This document shows, in pieces, positions 15,044 through 30,039 of a stretch of DNA of 64,000 bases (position 1 is its first letter; the number at the start of each line of letters is the position of its first letter). Source of the DNA: the human T2T-CHM13v2.0 reference genome, Homo sapiens. The notes under the pieces are model-generated. The model made no database searches and was not told the DNA's origin. It worked only from the letters and a program-made list of their open reading frames with translations. The position numbers were made by a program, and so were the translations under genes. The stretch lies in the NCBI RefSeq assembly GCF_009914755.1, contig NC_060930.1; one strand, 5' to 3'.

Positions 15044-16770
15044 GACACATACATATTTTCATTTAAACAGTGGCTAATCCAGTCAAGAGAATAGATCCTG
15101 GAAGATTAGAAAATGCAAATTAAGAAAAAAATAGGGATCAATGGTAATACAGGAAGCCCCTTTTGTTGGCTGGGGGGGTGCAGTGAAGGTAGTGTCAAGG
15201 AACAGGGAAGACAACCACCCTGTTGCTGGTGACACCCAGCCTGACCTTTGGTGTCAGCTCATAGTAATCACTTTGCTGTCCTGAGTTAAAAGCTATCATG
15301 AAAACCTTATGTTGAATGGGCCCATCTTCCTTATGTACTTGACAAGGCTACATTTTTTCCCTCCCCTCCAACGATATCGTATGAGATTGACGTTATCAGA
15401 ATAAAAATACTATGGATTGCTATATTTTTCAATACAGCACCAGATCAGTAAACACCATCTTATAAGTAACAATGACTTTCTGCTTCATTAAAAAATTATT
15501 TATGCTATAGAAAAACAATATTGAATGGTAGTTCCTTTGTAGAAACTACAGCTGGTGCATGCTGTAGCTCTCTTTTCAGTCAGTGTAAGAGATAAACTGT
15601 TAGCAATAATAGAGAGATGCCCATTGAACTGAATATGCTCTTTTTAAGATAAAGAACTTTTTGGTGGTGTTAATCACTTATTTGCCTTTCTAGAGAATGT
15701 ATCCACTTAATATATTTATAGGGGTGATCTACGTTTCAGATTTATAAAGTCTCTGAATATATATTTTTAACTATACACATAAAAATTAAATTTAGAGAAA
15801 AGAGTCTCAAAATTCACTCTTCTGTAAAGCTAACATATAAACTCTGCTTCTGCATGGCTTCTTTTATGGGCTTGGAGTAATTAAGCAGACATAATATAAC
15901 ACATAAAGGAATTTATTAGGCTTTTATTAAGGCTTGATAATTTGAGTTTCAGATTTTAAATCTCAAAGGGCTCATAATTGTTGTCATTTTCTACTAAAAG
16001 CTGCATTTAGAAAGAAGTTAAACTGTGGTGCAAAGGAAAGGCACGTTTCAATGGAAAATTCAAAATGCCTTTTTCATTAATTCAGCACTTGAATGCAAGT
16101 GCCTATTGTGCCTAGCGGGAGGCTTTTAATAAGTAATACAGACGCTGCTTACATGACTTAATTTATGCCGATATTTTCTTGAAACTGTGTTAGTTGCAGG
16201 AAGTAGAGGTTTGAGGTTGAGATATGTCCTGGTAGAGAGGGAAGAGATTATTTCAAACTCCAGAAATGTGAGTGAATTCTAATTTGCCAAGCCAATTTAA
16301 GTCTTAGAAGTAAGGTTTTTAATTTCACTATTGACTCAAGAAATCACTGGGACCATTCCAGGTCTCTGCAGGATGAATTTTGGAATAGTTTGTAACATTG
16401 AACAGCCATCTTCTGATTAAACATCTTCTCTCCTTGTTAACTCCTAATTCCCCATAAAATAATCTATTTGGGGTCATGGAAATGTTCCCCAACAAAAGCA
16501 ATACTTTAAAATTTAAGAAACCTAGAACTGAAAGCTGAACCTCTGATGGAAAACAGGTAAATGGGGCATTGAACTCTGAGGCCCATTCCATGGTTTTGCC
16601 CAGAACCAGCTCTGGCCTTGAGATTTGAGTTAGCAGAATTCCAGTTAACTGAAACTTTGCTCTAGAATTGAAAGTAAAAACAAAAGCCACCTGACTCAAT
16701 CAGTCTCAGCATCACATATGTAACTTCCTTGATGCTTGTTAGCTTTGAAGGACCTAGAAAAAGTCTGGCC

Positions 16771-17128
16771 TGCTGGGCACAGTAGCTGACGCCTGTAATC
16801 CTAGCTACTCAGGAGGCTGAGGTGGGAGAATCGCTGGAGCCCAGGGGTTTGAGACCAGCCTGGGCAACATAGCAAGACCTTGTCTCTAAAAAAAAGGTTT
16901 TCTTAATTAGTTGGGTGTGGTGGCATGTGTCTGTAGTCCCAGCTGCTCAGGAGGCTAAGGTGGGAGGATCACTTGAGCCCAGGAGTTTGAGGCTGTAGTG
17001 TGCAATGATCACACCTATGTATAGCCACTGCACTCCAGCCTGGGCAACACAGCAAGAACTCATCTTGATGGAAGAAAGAAAGGAAGGAAAGGACAAGAGG
17101 GAAAGGGGGAGGGAGGAAGAGAGAGAGG
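16771..17128 (+). mobile_element. AluJ (Jo/Jr-like) with GA-rich degenerate tail
   Basis: cctgggcaacatagcaagacc, gagtttgaggctgtagtg. Confidence 0.88.
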
Positions 17129-17796
17129 GCCTGGCTTGAATAGCTTAACTAATGCCACAGCTGAACCCTTCTATGGTAATCACAGTGAGGCCAACTGGGA
17201 CAGAACAATATTAGGAATCAACTCCCTAGCACACAAAATCTGCCTTTAAATTTAAGCCTGATGTATAACGCTAGCAAATGCCCGTTTTGCCTCCTCCTCA
17301 CTGCCAGCACAACCTTGCCTTGTGCAAAAGTCACTTCTCTTGAGATTACTGCAGATGTGGTGGTTGTTCCTGAGTTCTCGTTCATGAGCCACCTTCCTGG
17401 GGTCGGTTTTATAACCTCCTCCACTTCATTCTCTCAGTGATGCAGAGGCCTCACATACATCATTAGCTGCTTTAGACTGGATCCTGACCTCTTAATCTTC
17501 ACAGTAACCCAAAACAAACACCCGCTTGGGGCCACCGGCAGAACCCACCGTGGTTTGGGAATACAGTAGCCTTTAGTGTCTTGATTTCAAGTCACCATCT
17601 TTTTCACTTTCCTCATCTGTTTCTTTTTCATCCTAGTCATGTTCCCTCTCCCTCAAAAGTTCTTTAACCAATCATCCAAAATCCTTACTGTGGAGGCCTC
17701 TAAACCACAGGCGTTTGTCAGATGAAAATCAGAAAAAGGCATGTGGTGTTGAGTCATAATCTTAAACTTTGTAGTCTTGAAATAATGCTGTTATCT

Positions 17797-18110
<314 letters not shown>

Positions 18111-18466
18111 TGTGTCTATTTTAGTTATTAATTAGGCTCCCTGTCCCTAGCATTGCCCCTCTACCTAGCTCCAGAATGACCTATTCCACTGCTCCTAATT
18201 GTTGGTCTACTAAATGCTGGTCCAGGATGACATTTTCACCAAACTGCAGAAGAGATAAGAAAAACAAAGACAGTACAACTTACAGCTTAAATTGATGATT
18301 TAAAAGATTTAAAATCACTTCCTATTTTGAAATGATTTATTGTGATCATAGATTTGAAATTTTAAAAAATTATGTACCTGCTTGTAGAATGAAAAGTACA
18401 CAACCTTATAAACAAGCTGGGTTTTTTAAAAAATTTCCACTCATTTTACTAGCATTTAGAATCTCA

Positions 18467-18531
18467 AAAACTGGGACCTAGATTTAGCCAGAACCCAGAA
18501 AACTGGGACCTAGGATCTAGCCAGAACCCAG
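18467..18531. repeat. Tandem duplication of 32/33 bp
   Basis: AAAACTGGGACCTAG(-/G)AT(T/C)TAGCCAGAACCCAG twice. Confidence 0.9.
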
Positions 18532-19769
18532 ATTTAACCTCACTGCCATGCCTCATACCCTATAGCAGCCACGGTAACCTACAAAAGCAAGTCCAGGTGC
18601 TTCAACCATAACACACACAGACCGGGGCTGGCCCTTTACCACTATCCATCATTGTCTCCCAGCATTCCCTGTCCTGGAACTAAATTGGCTTGATGCCATT
18701 TATGCCTAATATTGCTAGCCAGGTAAAATCCATCCATGATGGTCAAGTGTAAACTTAGAAGCTTATATTCATAAACACAGACTCAAAAATTCTCAGCATC
18801 AAAGATGAGGTCAGAATGCCCCCTCATCTTCCCTGACTACTTTCTGCTTGAAACAGGCTTCCCGCCTTTATAAACTGGATTCACTGTATTCATCATCCTT
18901 GAAGCTTGACTTGACCAGCTTTGTGCCAGCCTTTAAGCCACCACTGTAGCTTGCCTCTTCATCAACAGCATGTATACATAATATTGGAAAGAATCTTTTT
19001 AAAAAAATGTCTTTGCCATCACTAAGCTGTAAAGCTCCACCAGAGGAATCTAATTCATCTTCATGGCATAGCACACACTGGGAAGGTTTCTCTTTAAACT
19101 GAAATGAACGAATAGACAGCTAAGATGTGGTTAATCAATGTGAAAGCAAAAACCCTTTCTTTCCTCCTTCCCCAAGTGTCTCTTCAAAGGAATAAACTTC
19201 CTTCCTGGCCAAAGCCTTGTGGCAAAGTAATTGACCACAGCTTTGACAGCAACAAAGATGACCTCTTCACATCCACTTCCTTAGCCCTTTCCTTCCACTT
19301 TCTGTTTCAGGAGAAGAAGGACCATTTTGTTGTTATTAAAATGACTATGCTGTTCTAAGAATTTCTGACTGATTACTCCACTCCTGCCATCAGCTTCTTC
19401 TTTACGGCCCAACTCTCCTAAAATATGGTGCTGGATTTGTTGTGTTGTAGAGTAAAAATAATATTGTTATTGTGAATTCTAAGGTCAAAATATAAAGAGT
19501 CAGAAAAATAGCTGATAGCTAATGGATTCTTTTTATTTACTCCGAACAGTTCTAAAAGGATATAGCAAATATGTTCATAGCTTCTTTTTACTTTTGGGAG
19601 TTTTTACATTTGGGATAATTATTAAAAATCTTTATAATTATCCATCTCCTTCATTTTGCTTTACAGAGAAGGAAATATTGAAGTTAAATGCTCTGATTTG
19701 AGAGCTCGTAGAAGAAACAACATTAGTAAATTACTGTGTTGACGTATAGTTCTCATTTTCATAGTATTT

Positions 19770-20620
19770 TCCATTTCATTCAACCAAAGGCATTTCTTTA
19801 GCACTGACCATGTCATGTGGTAGCTGCTGAGGACAGAGGATGAGTAGGACACTTCTTACTGCCTGAGTCAAGGAGGCTACTAGGAGAGTCTGTACTCTGC
19901 GATGACAGCACAGTGCATGGCATCCTATGAGCGTGCTGACTTAAAAGAGAGAGAGCTTTACGCACCTGTGGGCAGGAGTCAACTCAGGGGAAGTTTCCCA
20001 GAGGAAGCAACACTTGAACTTAAAGCCTAGTTCTGTGATTAGGAGGTGATTCTGGAAGTAGACTGCCTGGATTCACATCCTGGCTCTTCCACTGACTACC
20101 TGTGTGACCTTCGGAAAGTAACTAACCATTCTATGCTGTAGTTCCCGAATCATCAGATAGGGAATAATAATAGTGCTTACCTCATAGAGTTGCTGTGAGC
20201 ATTACACATGTTACATATATGAAGTACTCAGAACAGAGCCAGTACAGAATTAGCATTCATATTGTTAGGAGTTGACCTGATAATTAAATTGGGAAGAAAA
20301 AGGGGGTAGTCGTAGGGATACAGATGTGTGAGAGAGCCTGCCATGTTCAGATAACTTCATGTAGTTTTTCACTATTACCAGAAAATGAGGTATGACGTGA
20401 AAGAGTGCAGAGAGGTGGGAATTGTGAAAGCAGACTTTATTCTGTAGGTAATGAGGGACCGTTAAAATGTTTCAGGTGATTAGATTTGGACTTTGTAAAG
20501 AAAATTCCCCTACCAGTTTTAAGGCTGGAAGAGGGAAAGGTAGGGTGAGTTTGAGGATAGCATGAAGTAGATCATACATAACATGCCAGGCACGAAATGG
20601 CGTAGACCTGCAGGAGTGCC
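19770..20620 (-). mobile_element. L2 fragments interrupted by a MIR
   Basis: ttcattcaacca...agcactgaccatgt; actttattctgtaggtaatgagggacc. Confidence 0.55.
20035..20265 (+). mobile_element. MIR, near full length
   Basis: agactgcctggattcacatcctggctct...tgtgtgacctt...ataataatagtgcttacctcatagagttgctgtgag. Confidence 0.85.
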
Positions 20621-21029
20621 AGTGGAAAAGATGCTACAGCTTCTCCTGCAGCAGCTTCGTTAAAGGCTAATTGCTTTAATAACTTCTTGATAGGCCAGGT
20701 CCTTTGACATGCTAGCCATCAACCAATCCAATCTCCTCATCTGAAATTTCACTATTAAAAAAACTTCAGTGGACAAAGGTTTAGCTTTCAATAGACTAAT
20801 CAAAGAGAGCATAGTAGAACATTTTGATTGAAAAGGAAAATGTTTTACCTGCTAAAAAGTATTTGGATTTTTAAATTTGGGATTTAAAAAAAAGCAGAGA
20901 GATAATCAAGTAACTGTGATGCAGAAGTTGCTAACCTCATTGTACCCCACTCTGACTGTCTGTCTCATGTGATGCTCCTATTCATATCTACATCAGTGCC
21001 GGTCTCTTAAGAGGGCAGGTGTGAAAGTG

Positions 21030-21215
21030 AAAAGAAAACAACCCTTGAAGACAGAACACCCAGACTGACATCTGGTTCCACCATATACCAGCTGGGTGAC
21101 CTTGAGTATGTCACTTAACCTCTGGGAGCCTCAGTTTCCTTATCTGTGTCCTAGAGATAATGATACTTCAAATAGTTGTCATGAGGAACAAATGAGATAA
21201 TGTAGGTGAAAGCAA
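21030..21215 (+). mobile_element. MIR
   Basis: ccagctgggtgaccttgagtatgtcacttaacctctgggagcctcagtttccttatctgt. Confidence 0.85.
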
Positions 21216-23481
21216 TGTGATATCAGAAAAGCAAAACAGGCACTGTGGCTTGCCTGTTTGTACATCTATTATGGGCTACGGTTAGTTTATGGCATATCCT
21301 GTAGTTCTAACAAATGTGCGCTTAGTTTCAATGGTGTTTTTGAGCCCGTGAGAAAGAGTTTGAGTAGTAATGCCATTAGATTTTAAGTTTAGAGTTGCTT
21401 TTCTAAAATATTTCTGCCAAAGGTACTGTCAAAGCTGACAACCAGCTGACTTAATCATTTCTAATTACTGTGCCACCAAAAGTAACCATGACTGATTCAT
21501 ATGAACTATGGCAGGACTGTTTTATAAATATTAGAAAACACTTAATTAGCCTGGAACCAAAGATGGCAATTAGTTTATAATAGATATGAAAACCCTATCC
21601 AACAATAGCCACTTAACTTTAAATCATTTAGCCCATGTCACCAGAATTATTCTTTTAGGACCTACTGTGGTCAAGAATACACACTCTCGTTCACATCAAA
21701 TTGATGGCAAGTCCAAGATTCTCAGTATTCTATTCTTTGACCTTCCTTTGACACCTTAAGAATGCCCACTCTCAGATGGCTACTGCAAAGCTTGTAAACT
21801 GATTAAGTGACCAAAATCTTAACTGTATTATTAATGGATGGCCATGTGACAGTACCTTGTCTAAGACATTCTTCACCAGTGAAATAAATCAGGAGATTCC
21901 ATTTTATTTAATAAATTAAATTCATGGCTTCATAAGCCTTACTCAAGGAGACACAAGGCACTGCCAGCTGATGTTATAATCTATGTCGGAGCTTCTAAGG
22001 CCCTCTGTCATCTCATTCCGCAGATGTCTTCAGAAGCCCTTGAAACTATTGCAAGCTGATAAGTAGACGTGCACACCCAAGAAAGTATACTAAATTATAA
22101 ACAGCTTTGCAGAACTGGCAAAGCATTATCGTTTGGCAGTAAACCTGAGGAATGGTTAAGTTATGTTCCAAGCTGCATTTGAGATATCCTGCATGTAGTC
22201 AAAGACTGCAGTTGACCATAGGAAGCATGCTGACCGGTGGCTTGAGCATAAAAGCCGAAAATGCAGTTAAGTAGATCAAGATAATCAAGTTGAAGTCAAT
22301 GTAAATCAAGTCAACCCTTCTTTCTGGGGGCAGTTGAGAACCTCAAACACCGTTGTGCCCAGCCTTCTGCTCCTCCTCCTCCTGAGAACCAGATCCAAAG
22401 CAGATAACATCCAGGTGCTCCATCTGTTTCATCAGTGCTGCTCAGGAAGGGCATTTGAGATTCAGTCAAGATGGGATCATTTTCAGGTTCCTAACATGTC
22501 AAGCAGCCTAGAAAGACAACTCATTTGAGCAGATGCTGTACAGGTAACATATGGAAGCTACAGAGAGATTAATTTTTATTCACTAGTGGGAAGACCCTTT
22601 AATACTTAACTGACATAGCTACACATGAGAAAAATTTCTTTTTTATATAATTGCACATTTCCTTGGACTCAAAGCTATTGTCTTACAAATCAGAAAGTAA
22701 TACACCACAATTGGGAAAAGTGGAAGGGTAATTTCAAAATAAAAAGCATACCATCTGTTTCTAAGGGCTAAAGGAATGTTCTAAAAATCAGTGTAGTTTC
22801 AAAGAGCTATAAATACAATTTGTAATGTACTGTCATACCCATACCCACATAAATAGCAGGCTTTTACCAGTTTTCTTTTAGGTAATGTATTTAGTAACCA
22901 ACAGAGCCTTGATCAACAGAGCTTTGATATTTTTCTGTATTTTTGTCTTGCTTTTAATTCGCATCTATCTCTGTTTCTCTCTCTCCCTCATATACCCTTT
23001 TCTCCTCTCCTCTTCTTTATAAATATCCTTCTTCGCCAAAACATAAATATGTAAGTGTATTGTTTTCTGCCCAAGACAGGAGCTAATTTAAGGTAGATAC
23101 ACCTCCTGGGCTGCAAGACAAAGTTCCAGATTAGTCAAGACTTGTGAGAAATTCATGTGAGGGGCAAAGAAGAGATTATTTATGTGGAGAAAGTGGGAAC
23201 CTACATAGGATTATTTTTATCCAGATGAAAGAAATACGGGCAGAAGCAAACTAAAATGGTCTACAAGTTGGGCATTAAAAAAAATACAACTGGAATATTT
23301 TACAAAGTCTGCCCCATGGTGATAAATACACACGAGCAGATATTACAATGCCATGCATCTGTGTCCCCACCAAAAACCTGTGTGATTTAAAAAGTGATGT
23401 TAATCCGACTAGCATAACCCTTGGTGGGTTCATCTGTTTTCTGACAAGATGAAAAAGTGATAGAAAAGTCATCAGATCTCT

Positions 23482-23767
<286 letters not shown>

Positions 23768-23798
23768 AGAAAAGTCATCAAATTTCTGATGAATGTGG

Positions 23799-24165
23799 TA
23801 TATTAGTCTGTTCTCATGCTGCTAATAAAGACATACCCAGGACCGGGTAATTTATAAAGGAAAGAGGCTTAATCGACTTACAATTCCACATGGCTGGGGA
23901 GGCCTCATAATCATGGTGGAAGGCAAGAAGGAGCAAAGTCACATCTTGCATGGTAGCAGGCAAGAGAGGGTTTGCAGAAGAACTCCCTTTTGTAAAGCGG
24001 TCAGATCTCATGAGACTTATTCTCTCTCACCAGAACAGTACGGGAAAGACCCCCCCCACCCCATGATTCAGTTACCTCCCACTGGGTCCCTCCCACAACA
24101 TATGGGAATTATGGGAGCTACAATTCAAAATGAGATTTGGCTGGGGACACAGCCAAACCGTATCA
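23799..24165 (-). mobile_element. THE1 solo LTR (ERVL-MaLR)
   Basis: tattagtctgttctcatgctgctaataaagacatacc...ggggacacagccaaaccgtatca; about 367 bp. Confidence 0.9.
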
Positions 24166-24446
24166 GTAGACAAATTCATACCTATCACTGAAAGATGCAA
24201 AGTAATGATGAAGACAGCTAATGTTCTGTGGAGCACACAACTGAAGTTTAATGTCTGCTGTCTTCAGCCTTGTCTGATAAAATGCTGGAAGCATGGCACC
24301 TGAGATGGTCACTGGGACCATATTTTACTGTCTGCAGAAGAAGCACTGGTGGGATGAATCACCTCCTGTAATACATGGGTTAGGAAGAAAAATAACATAA
24401 GTAGTTTTATTAGTTTTCTTATTTTAAATACAGTGTCTACTTATGA

Positions 24447-24755
24447 GGTTGGTTGGTTGGTTGGTTTGTTGGTTTGTTTTGAGATGGAGTCTCACTCTGT
24501 CACACAGGCTGGAGTGCAGTGATCTTGGCTCACTGCAACCTCCAGCCCCTAGGTTCAAGTGATTCTCCTGCCTTAGCCGCCCGAGTAGCTGGGATTACAG
24601 GTGCCTGCTACTGTGCCCAGCTAATCTTTGTATTTTTAGTAGAGACAGGGTTTCACTATCTTGGCCAGGCTGGTCTTGAATTCCTGACCTCATGATCGAC
24701 CCGCCTCAGCCTCCCAAAGTGCTGGGATTACAGGCGTGAGCCACCACGCCCGACC
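24447..24755 (-). mobile_element. AluS (Sg-like) with (GGTT)n tail
   Basis: Reverse Alu dimer. Confidence 0.9.
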
Positions 24756-25149
24756 GTACTTACCGGTTTTTAAATATTTTCTTTCTTATTAAGTTTGGCA
24801 TTAAAAAAAAGTCATGACACTATTTCTAAAATGTTTCTGATGCAATGAATATGTTTTACTGATATTTTCATGTTGAAGGTAGGGAAAGCTTTGTGTAATT
24901 TACAGAGGCCGAGGAAGACAGTAAGTACCCTAACCTCCCCAGACAGATTCCACTGCTTTTAGTTGGTACTGTTAGGCTATTTAGAAGACTTATAAATGAT
25001 AATCTGTTTACAGCCCTGTCATTAATCAGCAGTATTTTTAAATTATCTTAATACTAAATGAAAAGTTGAAGTAATATTGTCACCATCACCACGCAGGGAA
25101 CAGTAGCTCTGATCACCTGATTACCCACTTTTATTAGTAAGATATTTTT

Positions 25150-25960
<811 letters not shown>

Positions 25961-26089
25961 TTCAGTTCCAATGATTAACCCTTTTTTGTTATTGGTGAAG
26001 GATTTGTATAATGTGCCTTTGTATTTATTTTGCTTATATTTCATCCAGATTTTTATTTTGCATCGATGTTCAGAAGTAAGATTCATGTG

Positions 26090-26240
26090 TAGCAATGGAT
26101 CTGAACATTTTGTGGTCTGTGACTCATTCGAGAATCTCATGGAAACCGTGAACCTTCCTCTCCAAAAAATGAACATACTGATACATATGCAGATTTTCAC
26201 ATATTTTAAGGGAACATGGACAGTCCTCCCCCTAAAGCCA
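26090..26240. mobile_element. hAT-Charlie-type DNA transposon fragment
   Basis: gagaatctcatggaaaccgtgaaccttcctctccaaaaaatgaacata resembles a Charlie4z-like consensus (from memory). Confidence 0.45.
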
Positions 26241-26595
26241 GTCAATATTTTGTTGCTCACCTGATACTAAGTGCTTTATATGGGGGTTATTTCCTTGAAC
26301 CCTCACAATCGGGGGTATCACAGAGGAAAGTCACTTGGTCAAAGTGGTATCACTATGAAATGGTCAAGCTGGGACTCACTCTCCAGAGCCTCCTGTCTTC
26401 ATGATGTTCGTACCCCAAGGGAAAGGATCCCCTGTTTTATTATTCCTCTTCCACGCCCCGTGGTCAGGGTTTTCCAGTCATAGTCATGCTGCCTTCCTAA
26501 AATCTAGTGGGATCATTTTCTGTATTTTTTCCCATGCTCTGGATCTCTTTCTGTAGCATGGGGATTGTGTTTCTTGAAAGTTTGAAAGCTTTCTT

Positions 26596-26905
26596 GGCTG
26601 GGCGAGGTGGTTCACGCCTGTAATCCCAACACTTTGGGAGGCAGAGGCGGGCAGATCGCTCGAGCCCAGGAGTTCAAGAACAGCTTGGGCAAAGCAACAT
26701 AGCGAGACTTCTTCTCTACAAAAAAGATTTTAAAATTAGCCAGGCATGGTAGCATGCCCCTATAGTCCCAGCTACTCAGAAGGCTGAGGGGGGAGGATCG
26801 CTTCAGCCCAGGATTTGAGGCTGCAGTGAGCTAGGATCATACCACTGCAATCCAGCCTGGTGACAGAGCAAGACCCTGTCTCTAAAAAAATTAAAAATAA
26901 AAATT
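26596..26905 (+). mobile_element. AluJ
   Basis: TSD AAAGCTTTCTT at 26585-26595 and 26906-26916. Confidence 0.92.
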
Positions 26906-27699
26906 AAAGCTTTCTTCTCTAGAGTTTTTTAGCAGGAAATTATTTAATGACATTTTCAGTTGCTTGTGTGTACATTGGTTTCCTTTGTTAAAAATTTTTG
27001 AATCAATTTTTATAATTATTTTCTCCAATGACTACGCATTTCATTAGAATATTCTTTTTCATATTTATTAGCATAGAGTTGTATGTAATATTCTCCTGGT
27101 TCTTAGCACTTCCTTTTCATTCCTCATTTTGTCTTTTATCTTTTTTTTTTTTTTCTTGATTGGCTTTGCCAGTGTTTTGTCTGCTTCAGTATTAATTTTT
27201 TGTAAATTTCATTTTGTTTTTGTGAGGTTTTTCCTCCTTCACCTCCCCACAACACCCTTCTTTCCTCCTGCATCCCCCCCACACACCCAAAAATACTCTT
27301 GGATGAGTAATTGTGCCTATTTTTATATTTTATATTTTTGTAATATTTTATATTACTTCTTCATTTCTTAGGGTGTGGATGTTGTTGGAGTTGTTCCTCT
27401 TTTTCTAAATGCTAAAGTTGAATGTGGTGTTTGTTTGTTTTTTAATTCTTCCATGCGTAATGGTCTGATCTTTTCTATTTTTCAATCGACTTGTTTGGAC
27501 TTTAATTCAGTGCTTATTTAGGAAAGTGTTTTAAATTTTCATATGTGCTATTTTTATAAGTTAATCATTAAGTTTTGGATAGTAGAATCCTAGGTTCATT
27601 TGTTCAAGAAGTTTGACCATTATAGGGAGAAATGAACATGCATTGACACTCATTGATGAGAAGAGAAGCTTGAGGGTCCACATTTTCTATTTTGTTTAG

Positions 27700-29320
27700 G
27701 TCAAAAACTACTTACTGATTACCTACTGTGCTCGAGGACCTGTGCTAGGTAGTGGGGCTATAACTGAAAGTTTCCTTTCTCATGGAAATTTTGGTCTACC
27801 AGAGAATGCAGATGAATACACAAGCAATTACAGGAACTGCAGGAAAATCAACTGAAAAACTAATAAGACCATTGAGTTTGAGCTAACTACAAGATACCAT
27901 CAAAAATAAAATTAAGGTCAGACGCAGTGACTCATGCCTGTCATCCCAACACTTTGGGAGGCTGAGGCAAGAGTAATCCTTGAGGACAGGAGTTCAAGAC
28001 CAGCCTGGGCAACATAGTGAGACCCCATCTCTGTGAAAAAGATTTAAAAATTAGCAAGGTGTGGTGGCACTCAACTGTAGTTCCAGCTACGGAAGGCTGA
28101 GGCAGGAGAATTGCTTCAGTGCAGGAATTTGAGGCAGCAGTGAACTGTGATCACACACACCTCTGCACCCCAGTGTGAGTGACAGAAAAAAAGAGAGATC
28201 CTGTCTCAATTAAAAAAAGAAAGAAAGAAAAAATTAACAGAAAGGGACAAATTAAATAAACACAATAGAAAAAGATCTCATTCGCTAAAGGAACTAAGCA
28301 AATACACCTGGAAATAAATCTAACAAAAAATAAATGTTGTAAGACCTTTATGATGAAAAGGGATATTTTTCTGAAGACTATAACAGATAATGTATTCTTG
28401 TATAGGACAGTGTAACATGATGATGATAGTATCAACTGTCCCTATGTTATTCAATAGAGTCGGTATAATCTTAGTCAAAAGTTCAACAGGGTTTTTGATA
28501 CATTTTAGTACAAAGTAGTAAAAAACTTACACATAATGAATGAGGGTAAACAAAGTTTAAATGAGGAAAAATAGTCTCAATAATTGTAATTCAGTTATTA
28601 TAACTCAACAGAAAAATGGACAAAGAGATTCAATAAACACATGAAAAGAATTCCCTCTCAATAGCAATTAAGAAAACAAAAACTACAAAAAAATATTTGT
28701 TCCCCTTTTATGTCAACAATTAAAAAATGTTATATACAGTATTGTTGGGTGTAGGTAAGAAAACCCTCATAAACTATGTGGAGAGAGGCTGTGGTCACAG
28801 TGCTAAATGATGCCAAGAATAAAAAAACACATTGATAAGGCCATTTTGGAGGGCAATTTAACTATATATATATATATGAAAATCAAAAGTATAACTATTC
28901 TTCCTTCAACCTAGTAATTCCACTTCTAGAAAAATGCTCACCCCGTATCCAAAGAGATATGCGTTATTGTTGGTAATAGCTTAAAATTGGAAACAAGCCA
29001 AATGTCTATTAATAGGAAAGTGGTTAAATAAATTATGGCATCTTCATTATATGGCCTCCTGTGCACTCATCTGAAAAATAAAGTAGGGCTTTATGTGGCA
29101 ACATAAGGCGCTGGGCTTTCTCCTGAGAGCAATGGGGAACCATTGTAGGGTTTTAAGTGGAGGCACGACATGACCAGACTTGAGTTTTTAAAATATCTCT
29201 CTGGATGGATTATGGATTATGGGAAATGGATCAGAGAGACATAAAATAGAGTCAAGAATCCCATTAGGAGGCCATTTATCCAATTGGGCATTAATGGTGA
29301 CTCCAAGATATGGCAGAGCT
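27700..29320. mobile_element. Nested cluster: L2 (-) split by an old L1M (+, about 27840-29100), itself split by an AluJ
   Basis: L2 pieces at about 27700-27830 and 29110-29320; L1 motifs ggaaataaatctaacaaaa, ctagtaattccacttctag, aagccaaatgtctattaatagg. Confidence 0.6.
27916..28230 (+). mobile_element. AluJ (Jo/Jr-like)
   Basis: cctgggcaacatagtgagacc; A-tail. Confidence 0.88.
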
Positions 29321-30039
29321 GAAACTGCATTTACACAGCCAAAAGATACTTAGGTATGGCAATACATTGTGGTATTTTATTTTGACGTTATTTTGGGCAG
29401 CTTTGGCTTACAAATCACTTACCTAGACAAGGATGATAAAATAGGTTTTCTGACTATAAAATCTATTTACTAAATTGGTTAGAATTACAAGTCTATTCAT
29501 TTTGTTAAATTTGCTTTCCAAATAAAGCTGCTCACCCCTCTTTGTTGAAACAACAAAGCTCATCTAGGTGACCATCCCTCTCTTTTTGCCTTGACTCTCA
29601 GGAAGCTCAGAGACAAATTTAGCACTCAATGTAGTGACCTATACTTAGGTTTAGATTATAATTAGCTTCTACTTTTTCTTCCACAGATTTAGCCTTTTAT
29701 TTTTATTTTCAAAGGCTACATGGTTATGTGTGTCATTTATTGTACACTGATTTCTCCATTTTTAAAAACCAGACAGGTTTAAAATTACTAATAAATAAGT
29801 GAATGTTAAAGTTACCATCTTAGCTGCATAGTCTGTTTGATCCCTTGGTGACTTGAAAGGTGTTGTTTGACTTTTATCTCCTAAAGTTGTGAATATTTCA
29901 TATTGATTTAGCAAAGGTCTTCTAATAAAGAAGGGACCATTTTAACTTCACAGCAGGCTTCATGGTAGTAATCTGCTCCTCAAGATTAATTAAGCATTTG
30001 TAACATTACTTTATAACTGTCACTTGTCTGTAAAATTGA

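Noticed and set aside
22862-22888. ttttcttttag|gtaatg as a recursive splice site
   Set aside because: Regenerated donor is weak, another AG lies just upstream, and the motif is common in AT-rich introns.
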